Below are positions 1 through 13,673 of a stretch of DNA of 64,000 bases, piece by piece (position 1 is the stretch's first letter; every line of letters begins with the position of its first letter). The DNA lies in NCBI RefSeq assembly GCF_009914755.1, contig NC_060926.1. One strand, 5' to 3'. The position numbers and the translations under genes were made by a program. Below the pieces are notes generated by a model. It was given only the letters and a program-made list of their open reading frames with translations. It was not told the origin of the DNA and did no database searches. This DNA comes from the human T2T-CHM13v2.0 reference genome, Homo sapiens.

Positions 1-77
1 AAGGATTCTTCAAACACTTGTTCATTCAATAAATAGTTGTGGAGCATTGCAAACATACTTGCAAAGAAGGCATCTTT

Positions 78-376
<299 letters not shown>

Positions 377-423
377 TTAGTAGAAGCTGTTGGAAAGCAA
401 ACAGGCCATTACAGTGGTATAAT

Positions 424-1077
424 TGTTACAATTGTTACAGGTAGCTAGACAAGCATGAGCTGGGCAGGAGAGGGCTCTTCCCCCACTCATAGGAATGCTG
501 GGTGATGGTTTGGCAATTATCACATTGCCTCTCTAAAAGTGATAAATTGGCAGCTGGTGCCAGGGAGAGGTCATTTCCTGATGGTCCACACCTGTTGCAC
601 TAAAGTGTTAATTGAATGCGGGTACCAGGTAGAAGCAACTTCCTGGGCCTGCGCATTAAGAGACAAAATGGCCTCTGGAGGCACACCACCAGAAAAGGGA
701 AGAAAGCCTCAGATGAGCACACGTACAGTTTCCTAAACACACTGCATGTGCTCACCTCCTAAGGGTAAGGAGGGCACTGCACATGCGGGCAGCCCACCCT
801 AAGGGAAGAATCCTGTGAAAGAGGCCAGCCTATAAAGTCCTAAAATCAAGGTTAAACACCACACTTGACCTTGGGCCTCTTCCAAGCACATGCTCCTTTT
901 TTCTGTTCTAAAGCTTTTTAAAATAAACTTCTATTCCTGCTCTGAAACTTGCCTCAGTCTGTATTTCTGCCTTATGCTTCTCAGTCAAATTCTTTGTTCT
1001 GAAGAGGCAAGAAATGAGGTTGCTGCAGACCTGTACAGATTTTCTGCTGGTAACTAAGATACCTTCCACCGATAACA
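424..1077 (+). mobile_element. ERV1 solo LTR (MER50-like)
   Basis: TGTTA...TAACA termini, TATAAA (~831), AATAAA (~922) and flanking TAAT. Family name from recollection of the consensus. Confidence 0.75.
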
Positions 1078-2659
1078 TAATGATTTCTAGGATGGGGGAC
1101 ACAGAGGAGCATTGGGAGGTTGCAGAAAAGCCACTAAATGGACACTAGTTATGGGGGTGGTTGGGAGTGAATGACATTGGTTTGACGTCTTTGATGAATC
1201 GATGGGTATGGAAGCAAAGGCCTGAAGAATGGTGGAATATCTGCCAAAGAAGGTAGGCTAGAGTGGTGAGGAGGGGAAGCACAGACAAAATGATGGCTCC
1301 TGGCAGTAGAAGGAAGAGTTAGTTTGGGGAATTTGGAGAACTTCATGTCATTCAACGTGATGGAAACATTTGGTACAGAAGGAAGAAAGAACAAATGTGG
1401 CAAGAGATGAGGCCGAACTGGGGAAGGAGTTGCCCTTCATAAGGAATCTTGAAGGGGTGTGGGCCTTACCTAAGAGAGGAAGCCAGTGGAGGATCCTGGG
1501 TGGGGCGGGGACACAGATGAATTCTATTTACATTTTACAAAGATTACTCTGGTTGTAGCATGAAGACAGACCAAAATGGGACAAGGGTGGGAATAGAAAT
1601 GACAGAGGCCTGATCTAAGTCAGTGACCTTGGCAAGCGAGGAGGAAAAAATACTTGAGAGACAGTTAGGAAGTAGAGTAATTGGGGTTTATCGGTGAATC
1701 AGCAGGAAAAGGGAGAAGGCTGGTTGGTGGTACCACTCAACAGTATAGGCAAGGTAGGAGTTGAAGCAATTGTGATTAGGAAGGACCTCTCACTTTTGAT
1801 GCTTGTCCCTTTCAGAATGGCAAACCAAGCTTAGGTGAAGCATAGATATTTGGGGGTTACTTTCTAACCCTATTGCTTGGACTCAACCATGCTGGTGTCT
1901 GAGCTCCTCTACTCAGACAAATGTTGCTTTCAGTAAGTTGCAAGCAAAGCAAAAGAAAGACATTCACCTACGGCCCTTCAGAAAAGCAAGCATGCTGCAT
2001 GATGAACTCTGGTGCCCAGGAGGCAAGAAATAAAAAACACTTTTAATGTAACCAACTTTCCATGCCCCACCCTCACCCCAGGCGTCTGCATACACAAATC
2101 AAAACCATCTTAAGTCATGGAATGAAAAAAAATTAAAAGCAAACTAAAAGCACTTCCTGTGAGGTGAATGGAAATTTTTGCCCAGTTAATTTTCCAGGCA
2201 CGTGAAAGCAGTTCTGAATATTTTAAACCACAAGTACTTGTATTCTTGACCAAGATTTTTGAGAAGGTGAGGCATGGGAAGGATCATTGAAACAGGACTT
2301 TGACATAAAACATTGTTTACATAGAAGTGAGCTCTTCTCCACTATCGGATCAATTTACCACCCAGTGTCTGACAAACTGAGAAGCGAGAGGGTTGGGAAA
2401 AAGCAAAGAGATACATATCAAACAAAACCACACATATCCAGTTGAACTAAAGCTGAATTTAACCATAACTTGTGCAACTTTTCTCCCCTTGAGGTAGAAA
2501 CATTACACCTCCAATTGACCAGGACATCTTTTTTTGCATTCAAATTATCTTGGAATTTCCTCTAGGACCTAAGTATCCTTCCACCATGAAAATAGGAGAC
2601 CAAAAAAAGTAATGCTTCCAGTAATTTCTAGCCAAATAAATGAGGATAAGTGTGTGAGT

Positions 2660-2905
2660 GTGGTGGGGTAGTTAAGAGTTTGGAATCCAGAGTTTCACTG
2701 TCTGGATTTGAACAGGCTCCGTTGCTCATCAGCTCTGTGACTCCGGGCAAATGACTGAATCTCTCTAACTCTCAGTTTTCTCATCTATGAAATGAGAATA
2801 AGTAACAGACTCTCCCTCGCTGAGTTGTTTGAGAACGGGATCAGACAATGCACGTGGAGCCCTGTGTCTGGCACACACTATGTCCTCATTGCATATTTAT
2901 TATTA
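2660..2905 (+). mobile_element. MIR
   Basis: Core TGTGACTCCGGGCAAATGACTGAATCTCTCT..CTCAGTTTTCTCATCTATGAAATG. Confidence 0.75.
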
Positions 2906-3574
2906 GGTTTCTGCTTTGTATTTTTCTCTGTGCAACAGCCCTGAGCTCTAGAACTTATGACAGCTTTTCTCAAGTGAAGTTAAAGTTCCCCATACTCAGT
3001 TCCAGAGCTAGGCCTCACCTAGGTTGGAAGAAGTCAATTGTTCTCCACTGCCTGCCTGTGTGCTGGGAAAGGACTCTAGCACAGTGCCGGTGGGGCTGGA
3101 AGCCTTTCCTCATGATGCTACGGGGAGTACAGTGAAAAGGGAGGAGATTGGGGTAGCAAGGTCCCAGGGGTCCTGGCAGCCCAGGCTCTACTTCTCAGGC
3201 TAGCTCAGTCCCTCAAACAGCTTCCTTCACACCCACTGCTGAGACCCAGGAGCCCTACAGAAGGTAGCTAGGGGAAGCTTCAGCAGCTAGGGGGATCCCT
3301 GCAGGATCAGCCTCCTCCTTACCTTGCAGACCCCTTGGCTGTGGTCTGGCATTCCTAGTGGCTGGCCTAAAGCCCCAAACCTGGAATCTGTTTCAGAGCC
3401 TGGACCTTTTGGACTCACACCTTGGTTTCCCTGGCCAGCTGATTTCAGCTTCTCATCTAAATGTCATTTCTGCAGGCTAAGGGAAGTCCAGCCTGGATCT
3501 AGCATCTTGGAAGCGCGTTCAGACTTCTGGATGGAGGGATCAGCAGGCCTTGGTATTGGTGGTTCTACCTGCTT

Positions 3575-3760
3575 CGGTTAAGAGTGAGGACTCTGGAGCC
3601 AGACTCTCTAAATCATAGCACTGACACTTACTATATGACTTGGGCCAGGTTCGTTACCTGTCTGTGCCTCAGTTTTCCTCATCTGTAAAATGGGAGATTA
3701 GTGGTCACCATTGGGATGATTAAGAAGATTAAATGAGTTAATGTATGTATAAACTATAGT
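3575..3760 (+). mobile_element. MIR
   Basis: CTGTGCCTCAGTTTTCCTCATCTGTAAAATGGG core. Confidence 0.8.
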
Positions 3761-3990
3761 TATAATGTAAATATATATACAAACAGTAACCATTTACATG
3801 CATATAAAACATAATATAAATGTAATATTAGCTATATTCATATATAAAAATAGGTATATTTTATATATAAAATATATTACATTTAATTTTTTACATTTTG
3901 CATTAAGATATATTATTTCATATAAAACATTTAAGTACATATACATATAATTATCTATGTAATTATTATTGTTATTGTTGTTATTGTCTA
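3760..3990. repeat. AT-rich low-complexity tract
   Basis: (TA)-rich and (TTA/TTG)n sequence. Confidence 0.8.
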
Positions 3991-4499
3991 CTTTACCTCC
4001 CTGCAGGGATGGGGAGACCACGGCAGGCTTTTAAACATTCTTGGTCTCACTGAGCCGTAGGTGAGGAATCCCTGGTTCCTACAGACTCTGCTGTAATATG
4101 AGGAGCAGGGTTTAAGTTAGTTTAAAACTGACCCCATCATTTGAAACATTGCAATCTACAATGAATGCCACATAAATATCATTTCTCAGATTCCTATGAT
4201 GCTCTTCTTTCAGATCTTTTCACTTCAATTTCTATAATAATTTTGTTTGTTTCTTGTCCTATTTCAAAGGCTTTCTTATCTCTGGAGCACCTAGCATAAG
4301 ATAGAAATGTGTCAAAATATATGTTTTATTCATCATGTGAGTATTTTTAGGTCCTGTTAACCCCCATAACTATTGATTCAGAGAAGTAGGGTGGTTCTGA
4401 AAAATACAGGCATAATCTCTTTAACTTGTTTTATAGGAACCAGAATAAGGGTAATGTTTTCCTCTGTCTTCAAAATCATCAATAATCCATGCATTGTTT

Positions 4500-4640
4500 A
4501 ACTCATGTCATAAGCAATAATGCCTTTCATATAGCCATTGGCATCAAAGAAGAAACACCCCCTTGATTTGATGGTAAGCGTGACACTACATAAACTCCCA
4601 GAAAACCCACTTCCTTTCCAGCAAATAGAAAACAACCGAG
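4500..4640 (+). promoter_or_regulatory. ICOS: ICOS proximal promoter (CpG-poor)
   Basis: Non-repetitive sequence just upstream of exon 1, with TCF/LEF ATCAAAG (4543-4549) and ETS ACTTCC (4609-4614) abutting NFAT TTTCCA (4615-4620). Function is inferred from position and motifs. Confidence 0.7.
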
Positions 4641-4703
4641 AGCCTGAATTCACTGTCAGCTTTGAACACTGAACGCGAGGACTGTTAACTGTTTCTGGCA
4701 AAC
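4637..4703 (+). other. ICOS: ICOS 5'UTR (approximate start)
   Basis: CGAGAGCCTGAATTCACTGTCAGC... directly upstream of the ATG matches my recollection of the mRNA 5' end; no upstream ATG in this stretch. The exact TSS cannot be determined from sequence. Confidence 0.7.
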
Positions 4704-4761
4704 ATGAAGTCAGGCCTCTGGTATTTCTTTCTCTTCTGCTTGCGCATTAAAGTTTTAACAG
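4704..4761 (+). CDS. ICOS: ICOS exon 1 coding part (signal peptide MKSGLWYFFLFCLRIKVLT-G)
   Basis: ATG at 4704 in AACATG context. It translates to the recognisable human ICOS leader and ends at a canonical donor CAG|GTAAGT (4762), phase 1. Too short to appear in the ORF track. Confidence 0.98.
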
Positions 4762-5864
4762 GTAAGTGGTGTATTGAATATTTCTTATTAAGTTATAATT
4801 CAAGTAAACATTAAGAAAAAGCAAAGGTAGAAAAATTACGCACCCAAAAGACAGTGGTTTTGGTTTTTGAAAGTAGGAATAGTTTCAGGATATGGCCAAG
4901 GGCACCATGTCACTCATGTCACTGTGGATGGCATTGAGTTTGCATTGCTGCCTTTGATACTGTGTCTTGAGATGAAAAACATGTTTCATCAGACCATTAA
5001 ATTTTTAAATTACCTGCTTGGAGTTACCTGTCAGTGGATAAACTAGCAGAGTGGCTTACTGTTCTTAGAGAAAGATGAAAGGCAAAATGACTTGTGTCAA
5101 CAGAATGAAAATTAAATAGCTCTGGCATTTGGACTGGGAATTCTTTCTGTGGTAGAAAATAAAATGGGAAGTCTTTGAAAAGAAGGATTTTGATTTTAAT
5201 CTTACCTGGATGATCTGTTATCTGAAATGTCCAGGGCACCATAGAGTTTTTATTGACACTAAGTATCAGAGTTCACCCTAAAAAGCCAAGGAGGAAAGGA
5301 TAATGTAAAAATACTTCCTAGCCCCTGTAGACCTTACAAAAAAGATCATTCTGGAGTCCCTGATTCCTTCTCTTGAATGGCATATAGCAGACTCTATATG
5401 GACAATTTAAATAATGCTACATACAATGTAAGTTAATACACGTGTTTCTGCTGCTTTTTACTGTATATAATTTGTACTACTTTTGTTTTCTCTTTCACAC
5501 TGAGCCCTATTCTTGAGGTTGAAAAAAGGAAAGTTAAGTAATATTAAATAACTTAAATAATCAAATAAACTAAAAGTGAAGGCAGAACTTTTAGTAGGTA
5601 TGATCCTATCTAGGGATACATTTTTTCAGTGGCAAAAAAATAGACCTTACTGTTCTTACAAAAAATGAAAAAAAAATGAAATCAAATTGATCAAATGTTT
5701 CATCTTGTGCTGGCTCAAAGTGAGTTAAGTGCAGTTAAGAGGACTGAGGAATGTAGAATGAGCACAAGGACAGTTTTGGGCTACTTGCTGGTTTATGCCT
5801 TTTCTAGAATCTCATGAAGTCCTTTAGCGGCATGAATGACATGAGCAGCTTTGGAATTTATATT

Positions 5865-6500
5865 CATTCTTCATTCATCCATTTACTCATGTAGCGTTGA
5901 GCACCTGCCTGGTAGCAGGTACTGTGCCAGATGGTGTATGTACAAGGATGAGCAAAACCAGGTCAACCCCTGTTCTTTGGAAGGTAACTGCATGGTAGAG
6001 AGAGATATATTAATCAAATAATCCCATTGATTAATGATAATTACAGGCAAAACTCAATTATATGAGGGAATGTAACAAGGAGCTTGACTAGACTGGGTGG
6101 GTGTGGAGGTGTAGCTGAGGAGCAGGGTTCATTGAAGTCTTTCCTGTGCAAGTGGCACTTGAGCGGAGATTTCAAGGACAAGGTAGCAATCAATGGGGAG
6201 AACGGTATGAAGGTAGGGAAGAACGTTCCATACCATGGAAGGAACAAGTGCAAAGAGCCTGTGGCAGGAAGGAATGAGGTAAGGTTAGGGAACTAGAAGA
6301 AAGCAGACAGATGTGCCTGAGCACAAAGAGGGAAGAGGCTGAGCTTGGTCCAAGATGACCAACTGGTCCAAGTTGGTCCAAGGTGAGGCTGGAAAGGAAA
6401 GTAGAGGCCAGACCATTCAGACCATATAGTCTATGTTCCAGATTTTGGATATTCTTCCAAGAACGTTGGTACCATTCGTGGAAGGGTTTGTTTGTATTGA
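5865..6500 (-). mobile_element. L2 3' fragment
   Basis: ATTCATTCTTCATTCATCCATTTACTCA...GAGCACCTGCC..AGGTACTGTGC, the typical L2 tail in reverse. Confidence 0.7.
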
Positions 6501-8682
6501 TAAAAATCATTCAACTAGGCCAAACCAATTTGGGCAGTTCTGGTTGTGGTATTATGCTCAGGAGAATTAAAGTAGCATCGGTGTCAATTCTGTGGAAGGT
6601 GAGATCCAGCCTTAGGTAGGATTGTTTTAAGTTTCCAGATTAAGCTGATGAATAATTTGTATTCTGGAACAATATTCATCGTAGATTCTAAATGAATACA
6701 ACCAATGTTCACTCTCATTATAAAGAAAGCCATGAGATGTGGCATGCTGTTTGGCATGTGGCAAACCTGAGGCACGAGTGGCTAAATGGTAACAATAAAT
6801 CTGCTAGCAATGATCCTATTTAAAATATCTCCACAATGCATGTATCCAGAAACTGCCATGTAAAAGCTCTAAAGAAAAAGAGCCAAACTCAAGTAAACTA
6901 AGTACTTGCTTGTCCTCTGTTGTATTTTCAATCCTCCCAATTTACATAGGCTTTCTCATGCCATGAAGATGTAGGCATTCTTACCTTTAGTCAGTGTTTG
7001 AAGAATTTCCAACCAGGAAAGGTTAAGTGATTTGTTACACAGTAGTTGGTGGCAGAACCAAAGTTAGAACTCTAATGTGACTCCAACATCTACATTCTTT
7101 CTAAACTGTGTTGAAGTAGTGGAGGTGTAACATAAATCTAAAGGAACGTAAATCTCAATGATTCTGATCACCTTTGTTATTTGGTTGTGAATTAAGAAGG
7201 ATGGGAATCTTGCTGATTTCTAGTCTTTGATGGATCTCAATGTAGAATTTAACAAAGTCTTGTTTTTTTTTAATGAACTTGGAGCAATAGGACACTTTTA
7301 ATTATAAAAATATCTACGAAAAATGTGAATGTCTAACTACATTTTGAAGACCCTCTTTGTAGACCTTATAGGCAACAGGGACCATATGAGTGATGGGACA
7401 AATTCTGGTTTTAGAAAGACTACTTTAAAAGCAGTGTGGATAATACACCAGATTGGGAAGGGCTGATGGCAGAGGGTGTCTAATAAACGTGCATGTATTA
7501 TGATGTGTTCTGTGAGGAAGCTGGGAGGATAGCCCTCAAGGCCACTTTGAGCCTTCCTTTGTCACTGAGGCATTCCATTAGTGACTCCTGAATTCCACTT
7601 GGGAAAAGAGCCCCTCAGTGTCTCCAGCGTCTGAGAGAAGTCTGTGAAGATGACTGACCCTGGAGCCCCTCTTAGCCTCTCCACGACTGAGTAAATGTCA
7701 TCTCCTGACAGCACCCCCTTCCAGAGTGTTCTTGTTAGATTTAACAAAAATCCCAGTTGTCAATTTTTTCTTTTGATAGATGAATTCAGGCCATTCCCAG
7801 TCAGCATAAGCCTCTACTTGATTTTATTTCTATGTTTATTTACTACTTATTTTTCTTTGTTGTATCCTCTTTTTCTCTTTTATTTTTGTTGGTGTGATGA
7901 AATTTCTTTTGACTCTCCTCTTTGCCTCCGGTTAATTTGGAAGGTCGACTACAGTTCTTAATTTACTAAGTAATTGACATGTTCAAAGAATCTTAATTGA
8001 ATGTCTACTTGTTTATCATTGTATGAAAATAATGAAAATGCCTTTGTCTGATGTGCCTAGTCCCCATCCCCTGCACTGATATGAGAACTTAAGAATGTTC
8101 TTCCTTTCCCACTCTCACACTTCCCCCAGACAGTGCACCCTGCTCCATACGTGGGTTTTGTGGAAATAATTTAAAACTTACAGTTGCAGATCATTGCTAG
8201 GTTTCCTCTTACAGTATTTCTCTTCTGTTTCAAGAATCCTTTCTTAACACTTACATCACATACGTTCAATGACAACATCATTCTGGACATCTGCTCCTGT
8301 CTTGTGATCTCTGTTCTAATCTAATGATCAGAAGACTTCTCTTATTTTCGTTAAATACCCCCAACTCTCTGAATTCCAGTACAGGTAAGGGTGTCTTCCT
8401 TTTACCTTGATGAGTGACTGATATCTTTCCTGGGAATAGGAGTCCTGGATGGCAGCCTTTCTTCTTAGTGGTTGCAGATATTCCTCCACTGTCTGCTGGC
8501 TTCTAGGGTTGTGGGTGAAGAGTTTGATGGTAGTCTAACTCTCATTCCTTTGTAAAAAAAAAAAAACTCTAGAATTTCATAATCTTGAAAGCTATTTACT
8601 TCAGTATTGGAATTCAGGAATTCCTCCAGGATATGTGTAACTCTCTCCCTCTGTTTCTCTTTCTGTGTGTTTCTATTAATTT

Positions 8683-8983
8683 TTTTTTTGAGGCGGAGTC
8701 TCACTCTGTCGCCCAGGCTGGAGTGCAGTGGCGCAATCTCGGCTTACTGCAACCTCCACCTCCCGGGTTGAAGCGATTCTCCTGCCTCAGCCTCCCAAGT
8801 AGGTGAGACTACAGGCACCCGCCACCACGCCTGGCTAATTTTTTTGTATTTTTCGTAGAGACGGGGTTTCACCGTGTTAGCCAGGATGGTCTCAATTTCC
8901 TGACCTCGTGATCCGCCCACCTCCGCCTCCGCCTCCGCCTCCCAAAGTGCTGGGATTACAGGCGTGAGCCACCGCGCCCCGCT
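8683..8983 (-). mobile_element. Alu (AluY/Sc8-like), within old L1-like sequence
   Basis: Full Alu in reverse; TSD TTCTATTAATTT at 8671-8682 and 8985-8996; internal (CCTCCG)3 expansion near 8920-8940. Confidence 0.95.
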
Positions 8984-10734
8984 GTTCTATTAATTTATTA
9001 TTATTTTTTTTAAGACTGGGTGAAAGTTTTCAATCTCTAGACTCAAGCTTTATTCTTCATTTCAGTCATTTTTTTCCTAGTATTTGTTTAATCATACCTT
9101 ATGCTGTTTTTCCCCACTCTTTCTAGAAATGTCTCTTATTCTTATGTAAGATCTTGAGTCCCTTATTTTTTCATCATTTGTGAACAAAATGGCTTTCACA
9201 ACTTGCTGTTGCTTGTTAACCACAACTCCTTCAGATGAAATGGATATTTCAGTTTTAAGTTACTAGTAGCATATTCCCATTTCTTGGTAGAAACAAAATG
9301 CAGGCATGTAGGGGGGACTGAAATTCTTATATTTACTCACTGTAAGATTCATAGCATTATTTGGCTTAAAAAAATTCATCCCAGTATTCACAGTTGTAAA
9401 CAGCAAAATCTACAACATATACTGCTTCCCTACTCTAAGAATATTGAGTTTTATATGCAAAATGACTTACTGGGCTTTGCAAATTTTTAAAAATGAGTTT
9501 TAAAATCATTTGTAGCTTGCAATAACTGAAGAAAAGATCACAATTTCTCTGTAAATGGCATCTCAGTACTACTGCTGTTCTAATAAACTAGGTCTGTCAA
9601 ATGGCACTTTTTGGTCATTCAAAGTGAAAAAAACATGGCATTTGAAACCTTATAAAAATTCACAATTATATTTTGGAAAGTGGAACTTAAGTATGTAGGG
9701 GATATGTCACACAAATTGAAAGTGTTAGTCAAGAAATGATTTTTTTTTTCAATAGTTTGGCCTGTAAGGTTGACCAAAACAGGTAAAGATTTGCAAGTTT
9801 AGAGAGTCAGAAACTGGGGATATGAACTTCCTTCTGGTTCATGTATAACATAATGATGCTTGTATCTACTTTGCTTGAGGAAAAAAAAGAAACACGTTGT
9901 CCCCAAATAGGGTGATAGACCAGGAGTTTCCATCCAGTTGACCACGAGTGTTGTTAGGATCTGTTTATTTGAGTCATGTTGACACAGACACAGCACTTTC
10001 AATAAGCAATTAATGATCATTTAAAGGTAACTTTTTTGAATTTGATAAATAGATTTTTTTTACAGCCTGTATTTGTGTTCTTCTAGGACTTTGCAACAAA
10101 GAATCTGTACATGCAAAAACAACAATAACAACAACAAGCTGTCTACTGCACTCACAGTTAAAGTTCTGTTTACTTTGCACTATCTAGGACTAATGCAAAA
10201 ATCTCATAGATGTGCCTATTTGCACTTATTTAATTATGATGAAATTTACTTCTATATGTGAATCCATTTCTGTACATTTCTACAGGCAGATAAGTGATGG
10301 GAAAATCATTAAGAATTTAGACTTCATCAGAGAAGAACCCAGGTACAATGACAGCCCAGCTTAATACATGATGGCTGATGAATGAAAATGTCTAGGGAAA
10401 TGAGTGTGTTATGTACAATGTAATTTCATATCTAAGTCACTTTAAAATAATTTTTTGATATATAATAACCCTTTCAATCACAGAACACATATGTGGCACC
10501 AATGTGAATACTACTTTAAGTATTAAGGTGATAATATATCCAATATACCTAGAAGGAAAATAAATACCTGAAATTCATTTTCATATCTAGCTTAATGTTA
10601 AAAGCTTCTTTTTGTTTTTTTATTTCGTAGCAAATCTCTTTAGCTCTGATGCTTTAGTTTCTGTACAATGAGAGGATTGGACTAGATTATTAGGTGAAGA
10701 GATTAAGTAAGTGTGTGTACCCTGGTGTCAAATT

Positions 10735-12352
10735 ATCTTATTCTTTTTTCTTTGTTTTTGTTGGACTGGGTTAATTCGAAGACCTTGTCTTCAAGCTCTG
10801 AATTTCTTTCTTCTAGTTGCTCAATTCTATTGCTGAGACTTTCCAGAGCATTTCACCTTTCTAAAATTGTGTCCAAAGTTTCCTGAAATTTTTATTGTTT
10901 TTTCTTTAAGCTATCTATTTCCTTGAATATTTCTGCCTTCACTTCTTGTATCATTTTTTGCATTTCCTTGCATTGGGCTTCACCTTTCTCTGGTCCCTCC
11001 CCAATTAGCTTAATAACTAACCTCCTGAATTCTTTTTCAGGTAGATGAAGAATTTCTTCTTGGTTTGGATCCATTGCTGGTGAACTAGTGTGATTTTTTG
11101 GGGGTGTTGAAGAGCCTTGTTTTGTCATATTACCAGAGTTGGTTTTCTGGTTCCTTCTCATTTGGGTAGGTGCTGTCAGAGGGAAGGTCTAGGGCTGAAG
11201 GCTGTTCTTCAGATTTTTTTTTTTGTCCCATGGAGTGTTCCCTTGATATCATACTTTCCCCTTTTCCTATGTATGTGGCTTCCAGTGAGCCAAACTGCAG
11301 TGATTGTTGTCTCTCTTCTGGGTCTAGCCACCCAGCAAATCTACCCGGCTCTGGGCTGGTATTGGGGGTTGTCTGCACAGATTCCTGTGATGTGAACCAT
11401 CTATGGGTCTCTCAGCCATGGATACCAGTGCTGTTCTGGTGGAGGTGGCGAAGGGTGCAATGGACTCCATGAGGGCCTTTAGCTTTGGTGGTTTAATGCT
11501 CTATTTTTGTGCTGGTTGGCTTCCTGCCAGGAGGTGGCGCTTTCCAGAAAGCATCAGCTGTAATAGTATAGAGAGGGTCTGGTGGTGGGTGGGGCCCTAG
11601 AACTCCCAGGATTATATGCCCTTTGTGTTCTGCTAACCAGGGTGGGTAGGGAAGGGCAGGGCTAGGCATGTCTGAGCTCAGACTCTCCTTGGGCAGGTCT
11701 TGCTGTGGCTGCTGTGGGGGATGTGGGTGAGATTCCCAGGTCACTGGAGTTGTGTACCTAGGAGGATTATGGCTGCCTCTGCTGAGTCATGCAGGTTGTC
11801 AGGGAAGTGGGGGAAAACCGGCAGTCACAGGTCTCATCCAGATCCCATGCAAACGGAAGGGCTGGTCTCACTCTAATCATGCCTCCTCTAACCGCCCCAA
11901 GTCTGTTTCCAGGCAAAGGGCAAGACTGGCTTGAAAACTTGCCTGAGGCTTTCTGCCTCCCAGCTGTGAAAGAAAAGGGCTTTAGTTTTTCCCCTGCATG
12001 TGAAATCTGCATGCTGGATTCACGGCCTCCCCCCAGTTCAGGCCAGGAGACTTCTTGCCCTGTTCAAATAGTTACAAAGTTCAGCTAGAGAATTCCTTCT
12101 CCCTGTGGAGTTTTATACCCTGCTCCTCTGGCCACCCTCCAGATGGATCCCTGTGGTGCCTGGCAAGAATGGGCTGCTTGGGGACCCATTGAGCTCCCAG
12201 AGCCTTTCTGCAGCTTCCTCTACCCCTGTATTTTGCTCCGTTTGGCTCTCTAACTTGACTCACCTCCAGATAAAGTCGGAAACTTCTCCACAAACAGACG
12301 CTCAGCTTCTCCGGTCAGAGTGTGTGTTTGGGAGAGGAGGGTCTCCCTTTCC
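10735..12352 (-). mobile_element. L1 (L1PB-like) 5'UTR and ORF1 N-terminus fragment
   Basis: ORF 10892..11161 (MRRNQKTNSGNMTKQGSSTPPKNHTSSPAMDPNQEEI...EFRRLVIKLI) is an L1 ORF1p N-terminus; GC-richer 5'UTR lies upstream on the minus strand. Confidence 0.85.
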
Positions 12353-12509
12353 CGTGAGTCTTTTCTTTTTGACTGGGAAATAAGTATCTCCCAATCTTCA
12401 GTAAATAGGATCTTTGCTCTCCTTTTCCCACTCCTCTTCTTGGCCCATTACAAAGATATTTACCAAACATGCTTAGCCTTTATATTCTTCTGTTAATATT
12501 AATTCTTTT

Positions 12510-13300
12510 ATTTAATATGATTGAGCTTCCACTATGTTCAAGGTCCTGGGATTTTTTAGGCAACTGTAATGCAGTCCTTATCTTTGTGGAGCTCATGGTT
12601 AAATGAGGAAGACAGACAAAAATAATTATGATCCAAGATGCTATGTGCTAAAATATACTGGCCTAAACAAAGTATTATTGGGAGCATAGAAATAAGAGTC
12701 TTTGTCTGGTGGTCTTGGAAATAAATATCTCAAGAGAGAAGTTGACATTTAAAATGGTTCTTGAAGAGTGAATGAGAATTTCTTCTCAGATTAAGGGGTA
12801 ATCAAATATTTTAGTTCATGGTAACAGAAATAATGAAATGTGAAGCATATTCTAGTAGTAAAGAACAGAAGTGTGAAAGAAATGGCCAAAAAGTTCAGTG
12901 TGGCTTCAATAGATGGCCTATGAGATTGTGAAAGCATTTTGTCAAGCCAGATATATATATTTTAAAACACCTTATAAGCAATAGAACACTAATAGAGACT
13001 TTTAAACTGGGGAGTGAAATGCTTTTCTGAAACATAATTTTGGGAGCAGCATGGAGGAGGGATGGGGAGGAGAGAGATCAGTATTGAGAAGGCCAGTCAA
13101 GAGGATGCTTCCACAGATAAGGGAAGACATGAAAAAGGTGTGGATTGGCAATGGGAATGGAGAAAAAGAATTGAATTTAAGAGATATTCATGAGCTGGAG
13201 TCAACTGGACTTGGTGACCAATTGGATGATGAAAATCAGAGAGAGGAAGAAATGAGGAAGACTCTGAGGTTCCTAGGGTCAGACTAGTGACTCCCTGAAA
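12510..13300 (-). mobile_element. L2 fragments
   Basis: ATTGAGCTTCCACTATGTTCAAGG... and purine-rich L2-like body. Confidence 0.55.
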
Positions 13301-13329
13301 AGACAGGGTTTGGATTTGGTGAATGAATA

Positions 13330-13673
13330 CAGTCACGTGCCACTTGACGATGGGAATACATTCTGAGAAATGTGTCCTTAGTGATTTTGTTGTGTGAACA
13401 TCATCGAGCGTACTGACGCAATGATGTCTACTAGATGGCAGAGCCTACTGCACTACCTAGGCTATGTGGAGTAGCCTATTGCTTCTAGGCTACAAACCTG
13501 TACAGCATGTTACTGTACTGAATACTGCAGGCCATGGTAGCACAATGGTAAATATTTGTGTAACTAAACACATAAAAGGGACATTAAAAATTTCTGTATT
13601 ATAATCTTATGGGACCGCCACCATATATACAGTCCATCGTTGACCAACATGTCATTTATGCAGCGCATGACTG
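13330..13673 (+). mobile_element. Tigger3a/MER7A-type non-autonomous DNA transposon
   Basis: TIRs CAGTCACGTG...CGCATGACTG with TA on both sides; homologous to 63494-64000. Confidence 0.85.

Noticed and set aside
13330-13673. Similarity to 63494-64000 as a segmental duplication
   Set aside because: Both are independent copies of the Tigger3/MER7 transposon family.
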